Shown one piece after another: positions 10,144-19,482 of a stretch of DNA of 54,023 nucleotides; the stretch's first letter is position 1, and every line of letters begins with the position of its first letter. This stretch comes from an uncultured Bacillales bacterium (GTDB lineage: Bacteria; Bacillota_I; Bacilli_A; RF39; UBA660), in the NCBI GenBank assembly GCA_946539445.1, contig CAMNHK010000006.1, positions 1 to 54,023 on the forward strand. The letters are read 5' to 3'. Made by a program: the position numbers and the translations under genes. The notes under the pieces were generated by a model. That model was not told the origin of the DNA and ran no database searches. It was given only the letters and a program-made list of their open reading frames with translations.

Positions 10144-10989
10144 TTATTGTTTTGTTCCAAATAAACGTACTTTTTCCTCAATTTTATCCTTTATTGCTTT
10201 TTCTCCACTTCCTATTACTTTTCTTGGATCATAGGCTTCTTTATCTTCATTTAAAAATTGTCTAAGAGCATTCGTCCAGGCTGCTTGTAGCTCTGTATTA
10301 ACATTTATTTTAGAGGTTCCGCATTCTATTGCTCGGCGAATCTTATCATCTGGTATTCCACTTCCACCATGTAATACTAGTGGAATAGAAAGAGTTTCGT
10401 TGATTTCTGCCATTCTTTCAAAATCTAAGTTTGGTTCCCCTTTATAGAATCCATGAACACTACCAAGAGCTGGTGCTAAGGCATCTATTCCAGTATATTC
10501 CCACAATTCTACACATTCACTTAAAGTAGCATTCGTGGCACTTCCCGTAATATTATCTTCGGTTCCTCCGATATGTCCTACTTCTGCCTCAACGGATACT
10601 CCGCGAACATGAGCGTAATCAACTACTTTTTTCGTAATTTCAATATTTTCTGATAATTCATGTTTTGATGCATCTATCATAACACTCGTAAATCCAGCAT
10701 CAATTGCTTTTTGACAGGTTTCAAAGGATTGACCATGGTCTACATGTAAGCATACAGGAATTGTAATGTTTAAATCTTTTATTAATCCCTTAACCATTCC
10801 TGCGATAACATCAAATCCTCCCATATATTTGGCAGCCCCTTCACTTACTCCTAAAATAACAGGAACTTCAAGTTCTTGGCATTTTTCTAAAATATATTTT
10901 GTCCACTCTAAATTATTGATATTAAAATGTGGTACAGCGAAATGTTCTTTTTTTGCTTTTGCTAACATTTCATTAAAGTTCACTAACAT
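10144..10989 (-). CDS. fba: Class II fructose-bisphosphate aldolase
   Basis: [28 protein letters not shown] and LVLHGGSG. Start ATG 10989 follows GGGTGA; the ORF track uses 11034. Confidence 0.96.
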   Translation of the reverse strand: MLVNFNEMLAKAKKEHFAVPHFNINNLEWTKYILEKCQELEVPVILGVSEGAAKYMGGFDVIAGMVKGLIKDLNITIPVCLHVDHGQSFETCQKAIDAGFTSVMIDASKHELSENIEITKKVVDYAHVRGVSVEAEVGHIGGTEDNITGSATNATLSECVELWEYTGIDALAPALGSVHGFYKGEPNLDFERMAEINETLSIPLVLHGGSGIPDDKIRRAIECGTSKINVNTELQAAWTNALRQFLNEDKEAYDPRKVIGSGEKAIKDKIEEKVRLFGTKQ

Positions 10990-11069
10990 ATAATCACCCA
11001 AATTAATCATAATGAAATCCTTTGTTTTTGTCAATTCATTCCACTGAAAACACTAGGAATTGTCGTAAA

Positions 11070-11600
11070 CTATAGCCAATATTTTATAGCCATAAATAAT
11101 AGTATTATACTTCCTAAGATGATACTTTTATTTTTGTATTTTTTTTGGGCAATTCTTCCAAGCCACAATCCTAAATATGTATAAAACATGCTTACTATTG
11201 AAAATATTATTGGAATATACCAGGAAAACTCTTTTTTCAATCCATAAGCAAATCCTACCGATAAACTATCTAGACTAACTAATAATGCTAGAAAAAGTAA
11301 GCCTATTTTAGTAGTTATTGGATTCTTTATCTCTTCTTGATTGGAATGTAACATTTCTATTCCCAATAATAAAAATATGATTGATACTATTTTATTGGTA
11401 AGATTGGAATTCATTACTATGATTTTTCCTCCCAATATAAATCCTAATAGGGGCATGAAAAAATGAAATAGTCCAATGAAACTTATTAAAAACCACTTTC
11501 TTCTAGAACTATTCAATATTATTCCCAGTGATAATGATAGTGAAAAAGCATCCATGCTTAAACCGATTCCTACAAAAAAATATATAAGGATTGGAGTCAT
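11070..11600 (-). CDS. mntP: Manganese efflux pump MntP family (YwlD)
   Basis: GLSMDAFS, FHFFMPLLG and SLDSLSVG. Confidence 0.85.
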   Translation of the reverse strand: MTPILIYFFVGIGLSMDAFSLSLSLGIILNSSRRKWFLISFIGLFHFFMPLLGFILGGKIIVMNSNLTNKIVSIIFLLLGIEMLHSNQEEIKNPITTKIGLLFLALLVSLDSLSVGFAYGLKKEFSWYIPIIFSIVSMFYTYLGLWLGRIAQKKYKNKSIILGSIILLFMAIKYWL

Positions 11601-11634
11601 TCCATCACCTTATATATTTTATTACTTATAATCA

Positions 11635-12141
11635 TTAAAAATACTTGTTAATTATTTCTTTTATAAAGGATTTATATTCAATATCTTCCTCTACATCTAT
11701 AAAACAAAGGGGAGGAAATAATACACACCAAAAGTTATTGCCATTTCCTTCTCCTAATGTTATTACGAGAGATTCATATTCTCCTTCTTCATAAATGACA
11801 TCTTTATACTCTTTTCTTGGAAAATAATTTTTTCCATAGTTTATGTGGAAATTTAATTGCTCGCTATTTCTTTTTAAGCTTTTATCCACAATTTCTTCAT
11901 ATAGTGGTAAATTCTTTTGAATGTTTTTTCTTGTTTCCTCTATGCTTTTCCCATTTTCTGTTTCTTTTAGTGTTGTGGATAAGTCTTCTACAATTTTCTT
12001 TTTTATTTCTTGATCTTCTTCTGAATTACTATTCGCAATGATTCGAAAACGAATGGCTTCTTTGGGAATTATTATTTTTTCTTGTTTTTGATAGCATAAA
12101 ATTGATACTAAAATGGCTGCGATTACTAATATTTTTTTCAT
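11635..12141 (-). CDS. spoIIR: Stage II sporulation protein R
   Basis: IPKEAIRFRIIANSNSEEDQ and LGEGNGNNFWCVLFPPLC; downstream of prmC as in Bacillus. Confidence 0.93.
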   Translation of the reverse strand: MKKILVIAAILVSILCYQKQEKIIIPKEAIRFRIIANSNSEEDQEIKKKIVEDLSTTLKETENGKSIEETRKNIQKNLPLYEEIVDKSLKRNSEQLNFHINYGKNYFPRKEYKDVIYEEGEYESLVITLGEGNGNNFWCVLFPPLCFIDVEEDIEYKSFIKEIINKYF

Positions 12142-12187
12142 AATAAAATCTCACTTTCATAATAATAGTGAGATTCTTTTTTATTTT

Positions 12188-13012
12188 TTATACCAAATTA
12201 TAGAAAATAAAGATCATTCTATTTTTTTCAGATAGATCTTTTTTTACTTCGATTGGAACATTTCCTATATACTTGTGTATTAATTCTATAATGTCTTCTG
12301 CTTGTGTGCATCCTATTTCAAAAGCTATCAAGCATCTCTCTTTCATATGGGATTTACAATCTTTTAGTATTTTTTTATAACAGTCCAATCCATCTTTTCC
12401 GGCATATAAAGCGATAGAAGGTTCATTTTCTTTCACAATTTCTTCGATTTCCTCTTCCTCTTTTATATAAGGGGGATTACTGATGATAATATCATATTGT
12501 TTTTGCACATTTGTAAAAAAGTCACTTTGAATTAAATTGGCTTGTGAATGAAAATTTCCACAGTTTTTGTGGGCAACTTCTAGGGCATCTTTGGAAATAT
12601 CTACTAAATCCACAGATTTTGGGGATATTTTTTTTTCTAGAGTTAAACCTATTGCCCCACTACCACATCCTAAATCAATTATATCCACAGGTTGTGTGAA
12701 AAACTGCTGACAATACTTTATAGTATTCTCCACTAATTCTTCTGTTTCAAAGCGAGGAATCAATACTCTTTCATCTATTTCAAAACGATTTCCATAAAAA
12801 TTGACATAACCCATTACGTATTGAAGAGGCTTTCCTTCTTCTAAGGCTAACACTTCTTTTTTATATAATTCTACTAAGTTAAAAGGAACTTCTTCATTTA
12901 AGTAGTTTAATAATTCTAAAGGATTTTTTTGAATTAATTCCGCTAATAATATTTTTGCATGATCGGAGTGACAATGACTTTTTCCAAATACTAATAAATC
13001 TTCTACTCTCAT
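12188..13012 (-). CDS. prmC: Release factor glutamine methyltransferase
   Basis: VLIPRFETEELV, DLGCGSG and SNPPY. Confidence 0.96.
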   Translation of the reverse strand: MRVEDLLVFGKSHCHSDHAKILLAELIQKNPLELLNYLNEEVPFNLVELYKKEVLALEEGKPLQYVMGYVNFYGNRFEIDERVLIPRFETEELVENTIKYCQQFFTQPVDIIDLGCGSGAIGLTLEKKISPKSVDLVDISKDALEVAHKNCGNFHSQANLIQSDFFTNVQKQYDIIISNPPYIKEEEEIEEIVKENEPSIALYAGKDGLDCYKKILKDCKSHMKERCLIAFEIGCTQAEDIIELIHKYIGNVPIEVKKDLSEKNRMIFIFYNLV

Positions 13013-13029
13013 ATGTCCTCCTTACAATA

Positions 13030-14091
13030 TTATTCTTCTCCTTGTAATTTTCTTTTTTGATCTTCTTGAATTAGGGCATTTATGATATCATCTAATGCTC
13101 CATCCATAACACGATCTAAACTGTTAGTAGTAAAACCTATTCTGTGATCTGTTACACGATTTTGAGGATAATTGTAAGTTCTTATTTTTTCTGCGCGATC
13201 TCCTGTTCCTATTTTACTACGTCTTTCATTTCCTTCTTTTTCGGCTTTTTCTTGCTCTTGCATTTCATACAATCTTGATTTTAATACTTTCATGGCTTGC
13301 TCTCTATTTTGAATTTGACTTCTTTCATTTTGGCAAGTAACGACTAAGCCTGTTGGCAAGTGAGTAATTCTTACGGCAGAATCGGTTGTATTTACTCCCT
13401 GTCCACCATTACCACTGGAACGATAGATATCCACTCTTAAGTCATTTGGATTGATTTCAATTTCAACATCTTCATCCGCTTCTGGCATGACTAAAACCGT
13501 TGCGGTTGATGTTTGAAGTCTTCCATTTGACTCTGTTACTGGGACTCTTTGAACTCGGTGAGATCCACTTTCATATTTTAGTAGGGAATAAGCTCCTTTT
13601 CCCTTAATAATAAACTCGATTTGGCTAAACCCACCAGCAGTACCATCTACTGAGTTATACACTTGATAGCTAAAGCCTTGTTTTTCGGCATATCTAGTAT
13701 ACATACGGAATAAATCTCCTGCAAAGATATTTGCTTCGTCTCCGCCAGCTGCTCCTCTGATTTCCATAATTACATTTTTTCCATCGTTAGGATCTTTTGG
13801 AATTAATAAAACTTCTAGTTCAGCATCTAATTGTACTTTTTGCTCCTCTAAGTCTTTTAATTCTTCCTTTGCCATTTCTCCTAGTTCTGGATCTTTCACC
13901 ATTTCTTTTGTATTTTCTATATCTTCTAATAATTTCTTATATTTTTTATAGCAATTTACAATATCTTCTAATTCTGCCATTTCTTTCGAATATTCTTTTG
14001 TTTTTTTAATATCGGAAAGTACTTCTGGTTTTGTTAATTCTTCTTCTAAGTTTTGATATTTTTCTAAAGTTGCTTCTAATCGTTCTATCAT
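13030..14091 (-). CDS. prfA: Peptide chain release factor 1
   Basis: PVT anticodon motif, GGQ and RTYNYPQNRVTDHR. ATG 14091 follows AGGTGA; the ORF track uses GTG 14100. Confidence 0.97.
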   Translation of the reverse strand: MIERLEATLEKYQNLEEELTKPEVLSDIKKTKEYSKEMAELEDIVNCYKKYKKLLEDIENTKEMVKDPELGEMAKEELKDLEEQKVQLDAELEVLLIPKDPNDGKNVIMEIRGAAGGDEANIFAGDLFRMYTRYAEKQGFSYQVYNSVDGTAGGFSQIEFIIKGKGAYSLLKYESGSHRVQRVPVTESNGRLQTSTATVLVMPEADEDVEIEINPNDLRVDIYRSSGNGGQGVNTTDSAVRITHLPTGLVVTCQNERSQIQNREQAMKVLKSRLYEMQEQEKAEKEGNERRSKIGTGDRAEKIRTYNYPQNRVTDHRIGFTTNSLDRVMDGALDDIINALIQEDQKRKLQGEE

Positions 14092-14147
14092 TTTTTTCAC
14101 CTAATCTTTCGTAATTCAGCACTATTATATCATACTTTACTATTGAA

Positions 14148-14174
14148 ATAAAACAGGAGATTTCTCTCCTGTTC
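14148..14174 (-). terminator. Intrinsic terminator after rpoE
   Basis: AACAGGAGA/TCTCCTGTT stem with a U-rich tail on the - strand. Confidence 0.7.
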
Positions 14175-14176
14175 TA

Positions 14177-14626
14177 TCATTCTTCTAGTTCCATTTCGTC
14201 TTCGTCAATTACAACTAAATCTTTTAATTCTTCATTCGTGTCATCGTCATAATCTTCATCTTCTGTATCATCAAAGCTATCTTCTTCTATCTCGTCTTCT
14301 TGTTTTTCTTCATCTTCATTTTCGTCTTCGTTTTCATCCTCATCGTCATCATCCGATACTTTAATAACTTTGTCTGATGTATGATTACTTCTTAAATCCC
14401 ATTTTCCATTATCTAATAAAATAAATCTTTTATCCGTTGCTAAAGCGGTATAAAAATCTGCTATTTTCTTTTCAAATGTACTTTCTGGTAATTCTAATAG
14501 TTTTATAATTTTATTAAATAAATCTGCTGTATTAAGTTTTCTTTTTCCTTCTTCTAATATCATAAAAGCTATATCTTTATTAGATAATAACTCAAGATCT
14601 TCTTTTTTCATCGTTTTTAAGCTCAT
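14177..14626 (-). CDS. rpoE: RNA polymerase delta subunit
   Basis: FYTALATDKRF...WDLR winged helix plus a long D/E tail; next to argS. Confidence 0.92.
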   Translation of the reverse strand: MSLKTMKKEDLELLSNKDIAFMILEEGKRKLNTADLFNKIIKLLELPESTFEKKIADFYTALATDKRFILLDNGKWDLRSNHTSDKVIKVSDDDDEDENEDENEDEEKQEDEIEEDSFDDTEDEDYDDDTNEELKDLVVIDEDEMELEE

Positions 14627-14726
14627 ACTTAGCCCTCCTCGTTCTAATACTTTATGGCTTTTGGAACGTGGTCATAAAAATACCAATAATTTTATAACAC
14701 ATATCGTTTCTATAAGCAACACTTTT

Positions 14727-16475
14727 TTACATTTTGTTAGGTACTTTTATTCCTAATACATCTAAAAGTAGATTATTTACCTTATAAACTAGCTTTGTTA
14801 ATACAATCCATGAATTTCTTAATTCTTCCTCTTCTTCGGTAATAATCTTATTTTCAGCATAGAATTTATTGTAATAAGAAGTAAGTTTATATAAATACTC
14901 TGCAATTTCATTTAAGGACCTTGTTTCTAAGGATTTATCTAAAACATTTGGAAGATTTAATAATGTTAATGCAATGTCTTTTTCTGTATTTCCTTTTAGT
15001 TTTGTTATTTTTTCTGCCTTTATTCCTTCTGCTTTGGCAAGTAAAGATTTCATACGGATAGTTGAATATAATAAGTATGGTCCCGTTTTTCCTTCTAAAT
15101 CTGAGAATTTTTCTACTTCAAAAATATAGTCTGTTGCTCTGAAAGGTAGAAAATCCGCATATTTTAAAGCCGCAATTGCAACGGTTTTGGCCACGGTTGC
15201 TTTTTCTTCTGCTGGAACGGTATCAGAATTAATTCTCTTTAAGGTTTCTTCATTTACTAATTCAATTAAACTCTTTAAAGGCATAACACCACCATCTCTT
15301 GTTTTAAATGGCTTCCCGTCACGTCCATTCATGGTTCCAAATCCTACATGTTCCAACACTTTATTTTCTTTAATTAGTTTGGCTTTTTTAGCGGCACGAA
15401 ATACTTGTTCAAAGTGCAGACTTTGTCTTCCATCTACTACATACCATACTTCGTCTGGATCTACATTGATTTCTCTTTCTAAAATGGTTGCTAAATCTGT
15501 CGTTTCATAAGATACTGAACCATTACTTTTGGTATATAGAAGTGGAGGCATTGGTGATGTATCACTATCTTCTGAAACCTCAATTATTTTAGCTCCTTCA
15601 CTGTCTATTAGTATACCAGCCTCTTCTATTTTTTGATTTAGGGCATCGTAGTACTCCATTTCATCGCTTTCACCATTCCATATTTCAAATTGAACATTTA
15701 AATCATCATAGGTTTTTTTAATATCTTCTTTGGAAATACTAACAACTTTTTTCCATAAATCATAATATCCTCTTTCATGTCTTTGAATTTTAGCTGTTAT
15801 TTCTCTGGCGTCTTCTAGGTATTCTTCATCTTCTTTGGATTTATTAGAAGCTAATGGATATATTTTTTCTAAATCTTCATTGGTAATAGGAAGAGATAAC
15901 TCTTCATAATTTCCCTGATAAGTTGGATCAAAGTACTCTAGAGATGGATATCTCGTTTGAATTTCTTTAATTACTAACCCAAGAGGTCTACCATAATCTC
16001 CTAAATGAGCGTCTCCTAAAGCTTCATACCCTAGCAAATTAGCAAGTCTTTTTAAAGCTTCTCCTATATTAGCACTTCTCAAATGCCCTACGTGAAGGGC
16101 TTTTGCAACATTTGCTCCTCCATAATCTATCAATATTTTTTTTCTTTCTTTTTTATCAATATTACTGAAAATATTTTCTTCCATTTCGTTCAGTAATTTC
16201 GCCATATACTCATTTGAAAGACTAATATTAATAAATCCTGGTCCTGCAATGTTAATATTGGTAAATCTGTCATCTTTTTCTAGTTCTGATACTATTTTGG
16301 CGGCAATTTCTCTTGGATTTTCATGATATTTACTAGCCAATTGCATCGCATCATTAATTTGAAATTCTCCTAAATCTCTACGATTGGAGTTCTCTAAGGT
16401 ATATTTTTCAAGTTCATATCCTGCTTGTTTTATAATTTCTTTTATTTCGGTTTCTAAATTCTTAATAATACTCAT
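14727..16475 (-). CDS. argS: Arginine--tRNA ligase
   Basis: AGPGFIN, HVGH (HIGH), FKTRDG and GPYLLY. Confidence 0.96.
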   Translation of the reverse strand: MSIIKNLETEIKEIIKQAGYELEKYTLENSNRRDLGEFQINDAMQLASKYHENPREIAAKIVSELEKDDRFTNINIAGPGFINISLSNEYMAKLLNEMEENIFSNIDKKERKKILIDYGGANVAKALHVGHLRSANIGEALKRLANLLGYEALGDAHLGDYGRPLGLVIKEIQTRYPSLEYFDPTYQGNYEELSLPITNEDLEKIYPLASNKSKEDEEYLEDAREITAKIQRHERGYYDLWKKVVSISKEDIKKTYDDLNVQFEIWNGESDEMEYYDALNQKIEEAGILIDSEGAKIIEVSEDSDTSPMPPLLYTKSNGSVSYETTDLATILEREINVDPDEVWYVVDGRQSLHFEQVFRAAKKAKLIKENKVLEHVGFGTMNGRDGKPFKTRDGGVMPLKSLIELVNEETLKRINSDTVPAEEKATVAKTVAIAALKYADFLPFRATDYIFEVEKFSDLEGKTGPYLLYSTIRMKSLLAKAEGIKAEKITKLKGNTEKDIALTLLNLPNVLDKSLETRSLNEIAEYLYKLTSYYNKFYAENKIITEEEEELRNSWIVLTKLVYKVNNLLLDVLGIKVPNKM

Positions 16476-16813
16476 ATGATCTCCTCTATTTTATAAAGAA
16501 ATGGACTTTCTTCTACATCAAAATGTATTTCTATATTTTTCCCATTTCGTTCTATTTTTTTGGTATTTAATTGTACTTTTAATTCTCTATTATATTCTTT
16601 AGCTTCTATTATTCCTTCCTTTTCATTAAAGTGGTACCGCATCCGGAGATTTTGATTTTCTCTTATTAAGCAGTTGTTTTCATAGTCAAATGTAACGAAT
16701 GTATTATCTTCTTCTTTATATTTAATTCTATTGTCTTGAAAAATAGCCTTTACTTCTGTTGTTTGATCTATTTCGCTATTTTGTATTCGAACTTTTATGT
16801 TACATTTTGGCAT
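16472..16813 (-). CDS. DUF1934 (YwiB-like) beta-barrel protein
   Basis: Overlaps the argS start as ywiB-like genes do; beta-rich, YKEED...LIR pattern. Homology is weak by eye. Confidence 0.6.
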   Translation of the reverse strand: MPKCNIKVRIQNSEIDQTTEVKAIFQDNRIKYKEEDNTFVTFDYENNCLIRENQNLRMRYHFNEKEGIIEAKEYNRELKVQLNTKKIERNGKNIEIHFDVEESPFLYKIEEII

Positions 16814-16917
16814 ATTACCACCTACTCCAAATCAATGACTTGATTATAACACATTCTTTCATTATTTTATACATATTTTCGCGATATTTTAAAATACTAA
16901 TAAGGACGGAGGGACCT

Positions 16918-18876
16918 ATGAAAGTATGGAAAATTATGTGGAAAGGATGCAAATTCATTCTTATTTTTCTTTTGTTAGTGATTGGTGGAGTATTTTTATA
17001 TGTTAAGTTGTCTCCCAAACTGACTATTAACAGTGCTAATAATATTTCTTTGTATGATTCAAATGATATTATTTTCTTTCAAGGAAGTGAAGCAAAGGAA
17101 TGGGTGTCTTTAGATCAAATTAGTGATTCTTTAATTCAAGCTACTATTTATACGGAAGATAAGAATTTTTATCACCATTTTGGATTTGATTTTTTGAGAA
17201 TTCTGAAGGCTATGTATATTAATATTCGATATCATGATATGAGTCAGGGAGCATCTACCATTACTCAACAATATGCTAAAAACTTATTTTTAGATTTTGA
17301 TAAAACTTGGAGGAGAAAGTGGGAAGAAGCTTGGTATACTCTTAGAATTGAAGCAAATTATAGCAAAGATGAAATATTAGAAGGTTATTTAAATACGATT
17401 AATTATGGACATGGTAAATATGGAATTGAAAACGCTAGTAAATTCTATTTTGGGAAGAGTGCTAGTGAATTATCTTTAGCAGAAGCTTCTTTATTAACCG
17501 GAATTCCTAAATCTCCTACTAATTACTCTCCTTTGTTACATCTAGATAATGCCAAGAAACGACAATGGCTTGTTTTGAATAATTTAGTACGTTCACATAT
17601 TATTACTCAAGAAGAAATGGACAAGGCTTATGAAGAAGAATTGGTTTTTATGGTAGAAGATCAAAAAGAGATGTCTAGTAATATTTCTTATTATCAAGAC
17701 GCTGTTATGAATGAGTTAAAAACAATTTCTAGTATTCCTAATAATTATAGTGAAGGAAATGGTTTAAAAATATATACTACTTTTGATGCGGAGTATCAAA
17801 AAATATTGGAAGAAAATGTAAAAAATACATTTCCTGATGACTCTTCTTTAGAAGTTGCGAGTGTGGTTATGGATCCTAATTCTGGCGGAGTGTATGCTTT
17901 GATTGGTGGTAGAGACTATAATCAATCTTCTTATAATCGAGCTATTTTTTCTTATCGACAGGTTGGTTCTACTATGAAGCCTTTTCTTTACTATTCTGCC
18001 TTGGAAAATGGTTTTACATCTAGTTCTGCCTTTATCAGTGAACCTACTTCGTTTCCAATGGAAAATGGACAATTCTATTCTCCTGTTAATTATAATAATA
18101 AGTATGGAAATAAACCTATTTCTATGGCAACGGCTATTGCTTATAGTGAAAATATTTATGCGGTTAAAACTCATATGTTTCTAGGGTATGACTCTTTGAT
18201 TCAAACCGCTAGAAGAGTTGGAATTACAGAAAAACTGGAAGAAGTTCCCTCTCTTCCACTGGGCACAAATGAAATTAATATTTTGCATATGGCTGCTGGA
18301 TATTCAGCTTTTGCAAATCTTGGATATAAGGTAAAACCTCACTTTATCCGGAAAGTGGTTGATGGTTATGGTAATGTATTATATGAAGCTCACGATGAAA
18401 AAGAACTTGTTTTAAATCCAAGTTTGGTTTTTATTCTAAATCAATTACTTACTTCTACTTATGATTCTGCTTTTATTGATTATAATTATCCAACAGCTAT
18501 CGGTTTAGCCGGTAAATTAAAGCATAAATATGCTCTAAAAAGTGGAACAACTCAAAGTGATAATTGGAATATTGGCTTTAATAAAAATGTGGTTTGTGCT
18601 GTATGGGTTGGAAATGATGATAATCAAGAATTGACTACCAAAGACTATAAATATGCTCAAAATATATGGTTTCACACCATTGAAGAGATTGAAAAAGATG
18701 TTGGAGAAGAAGATGGATGGTATGAGAAACCAAAAAACGTTGTTGCTATGCTTGTGGAACCAATCTCTGGAAAACCGATGGATGATCCTCAAAAAAACAC
18801 CAAAGTAATGTACTATTTAAGAGGAACAGAACCTCGAATGGAAGATCCTGTTTTTGATGAAATTCCGATTCAATAA
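16918..18876 (+). CDS. pbpG: Class A penicillin-binding protein (transglycosylase/transpeptidase), PbpG-like
   Basis: EDKNFYHH, GASTITQQ, STMK, SEN and KSGT motifs. ATG 16918 follows GGAGG; the ORF track uses 16759. Divergent from ywiB-argS. Confidence 0.88.
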   Translation: MKVWKIMWKGCKFILIFLLLVIGGVFLYVKLSPKLTINSANNISLYDSNDIIFFQGSEAKEWVSLDQISDSLIQATIYTEDKNFYHHFGFDFLRILKAMYINIRYHDMSQGASTITQQYAKNLFLDFDKTWRRKWEEAWYTLRIEANYSKDEILEGYLNTINYGHGKYGIENASKFYFGKSASELSLAEASLLTGIPKSPTNYSPLLHLDNAKKRQWLVLNNLVRSHIITQEEMDKAYEEELVFMVEDQKEMSSNISYYQDAVMNELKTISSIPNNYSEGNGLKIYTTFDAEYQKILEENVKNTFPDDSSLEVASVVMDPNSGGVYALIGGRDYNQSSYNRAIFSYRQVGSTMKPFLYYSALENGFTSSSAFISEPTSFPMENGQFYSPVNYNNKYGNKPISMATAIAYSENIYAVKTHMFLGYDSLIQTARRVGITEKLEEVPSLPLGTNEINILHMAAGYSAFANLGYKVKPHFIRKVVDGYGNVLYEAHDEKELVLNPSLVFILNQLLTSTYDSAFIDYNYPTAIGLAGKLKHKYALKSGTTQSDNWNIGFNKNVVCAVWVGNDDNQELTTKDYKYAQNIWFHTIEEIEKDVGEEDGWYEKPKNVVAMLVEPISGKPMDDPQKNTKVMYYLRGTEPRMEDPVFDEIPIQ

Positions 18877-18943
18877 TTTTTTTCTTGTTTGGTTGTAATG
18901 AAGTTTGGAATTTGCTATAATTTATATAGTATGAGGTGGTTAG

Positions 18944-19474
18944 ATGTTAGAGGCTATTTTAGGAGTCATTGTTGTTATTTCATTTTTGTCTTTTCTCTTT
19001 GTAATTTATGATAATAAGTTTCAATTAGCTATTATTAAAATTGATAAAGCAGAAGAAGATATTGATATTTACTTACATAATAAAAAGGGATTGCTAGAGC
19101 GTACTCGTCCCATTATTAAAAAAGAACTCAAGTTAGAAGAATTTATGGAAGAGTTAGAGGAATCTTATGATGATAAAAACAATTTTGAAACTCATTTAGC
19201 CCTTAAAAAAGTATATAATGATTTATTTAAGGTTTTAGATGAGAATGAAAAATTATTTAAAAGTGAATCATTATGTGCTATTTTGGAACAACTTAATAAC
19301 AATGAAGAAAATATTATTGGAGCTATTAAATTTTATAATGATACAGTTGTAGAATTTAATAAATTAGTTGTATCTTTCCCTTCCAAAATTATTGCATGGC
19401 TTCGAAGATATTCTAAAAAAGATTTTTATAATAATGAAAAAAGAGAAATATTTGAAATATTAAATCAAAAGTAG
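18944..19474 (+). CDS. LemA family membrane protein (divergent)
   Basis: N-terminal TM, coiled coil and FYNDTVVEFN...FPSKIIA. Confidence 0.8.
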   Translation: MLEAILGVIVVISFLSFLFVIYDNKFQLAIIKIDKAEEDIDIYLHNKKGLLERTRPIIKKELKLEEFMEELEESYDDKNNFETHLALKKVYNDLFKVLDENEKLFKSESLCAILEQLNNNEENIIGAIKFYNDTVVEFNKLVVSFPSKIIAWLRRYSKKDFYNNEKREIFEILNQK

Positions 19475-19482
19475 GAGTATTT

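Noticed and set aside
11600-11635. yybP-ykoY Mn riboswitch upstream of mntP, and a T-box for argS
   Set aside because: The intergenic space is too short for mntP. No T-box motif is seen upstream of the DUF1934-argS pair.
14180-14355. TCA/TCT/TCG trinucleotide-like repeats
   Set aside because: They encode the normal acidic tail of the RNAP delta subunit.
16759-16917. N-terminal extension of the PBP overlapping the divergent DUF1934 gene
   Set aside because: The real start is probably ATG 16918 with a GGAGG SD, and the extension covers the divergent promoter region.
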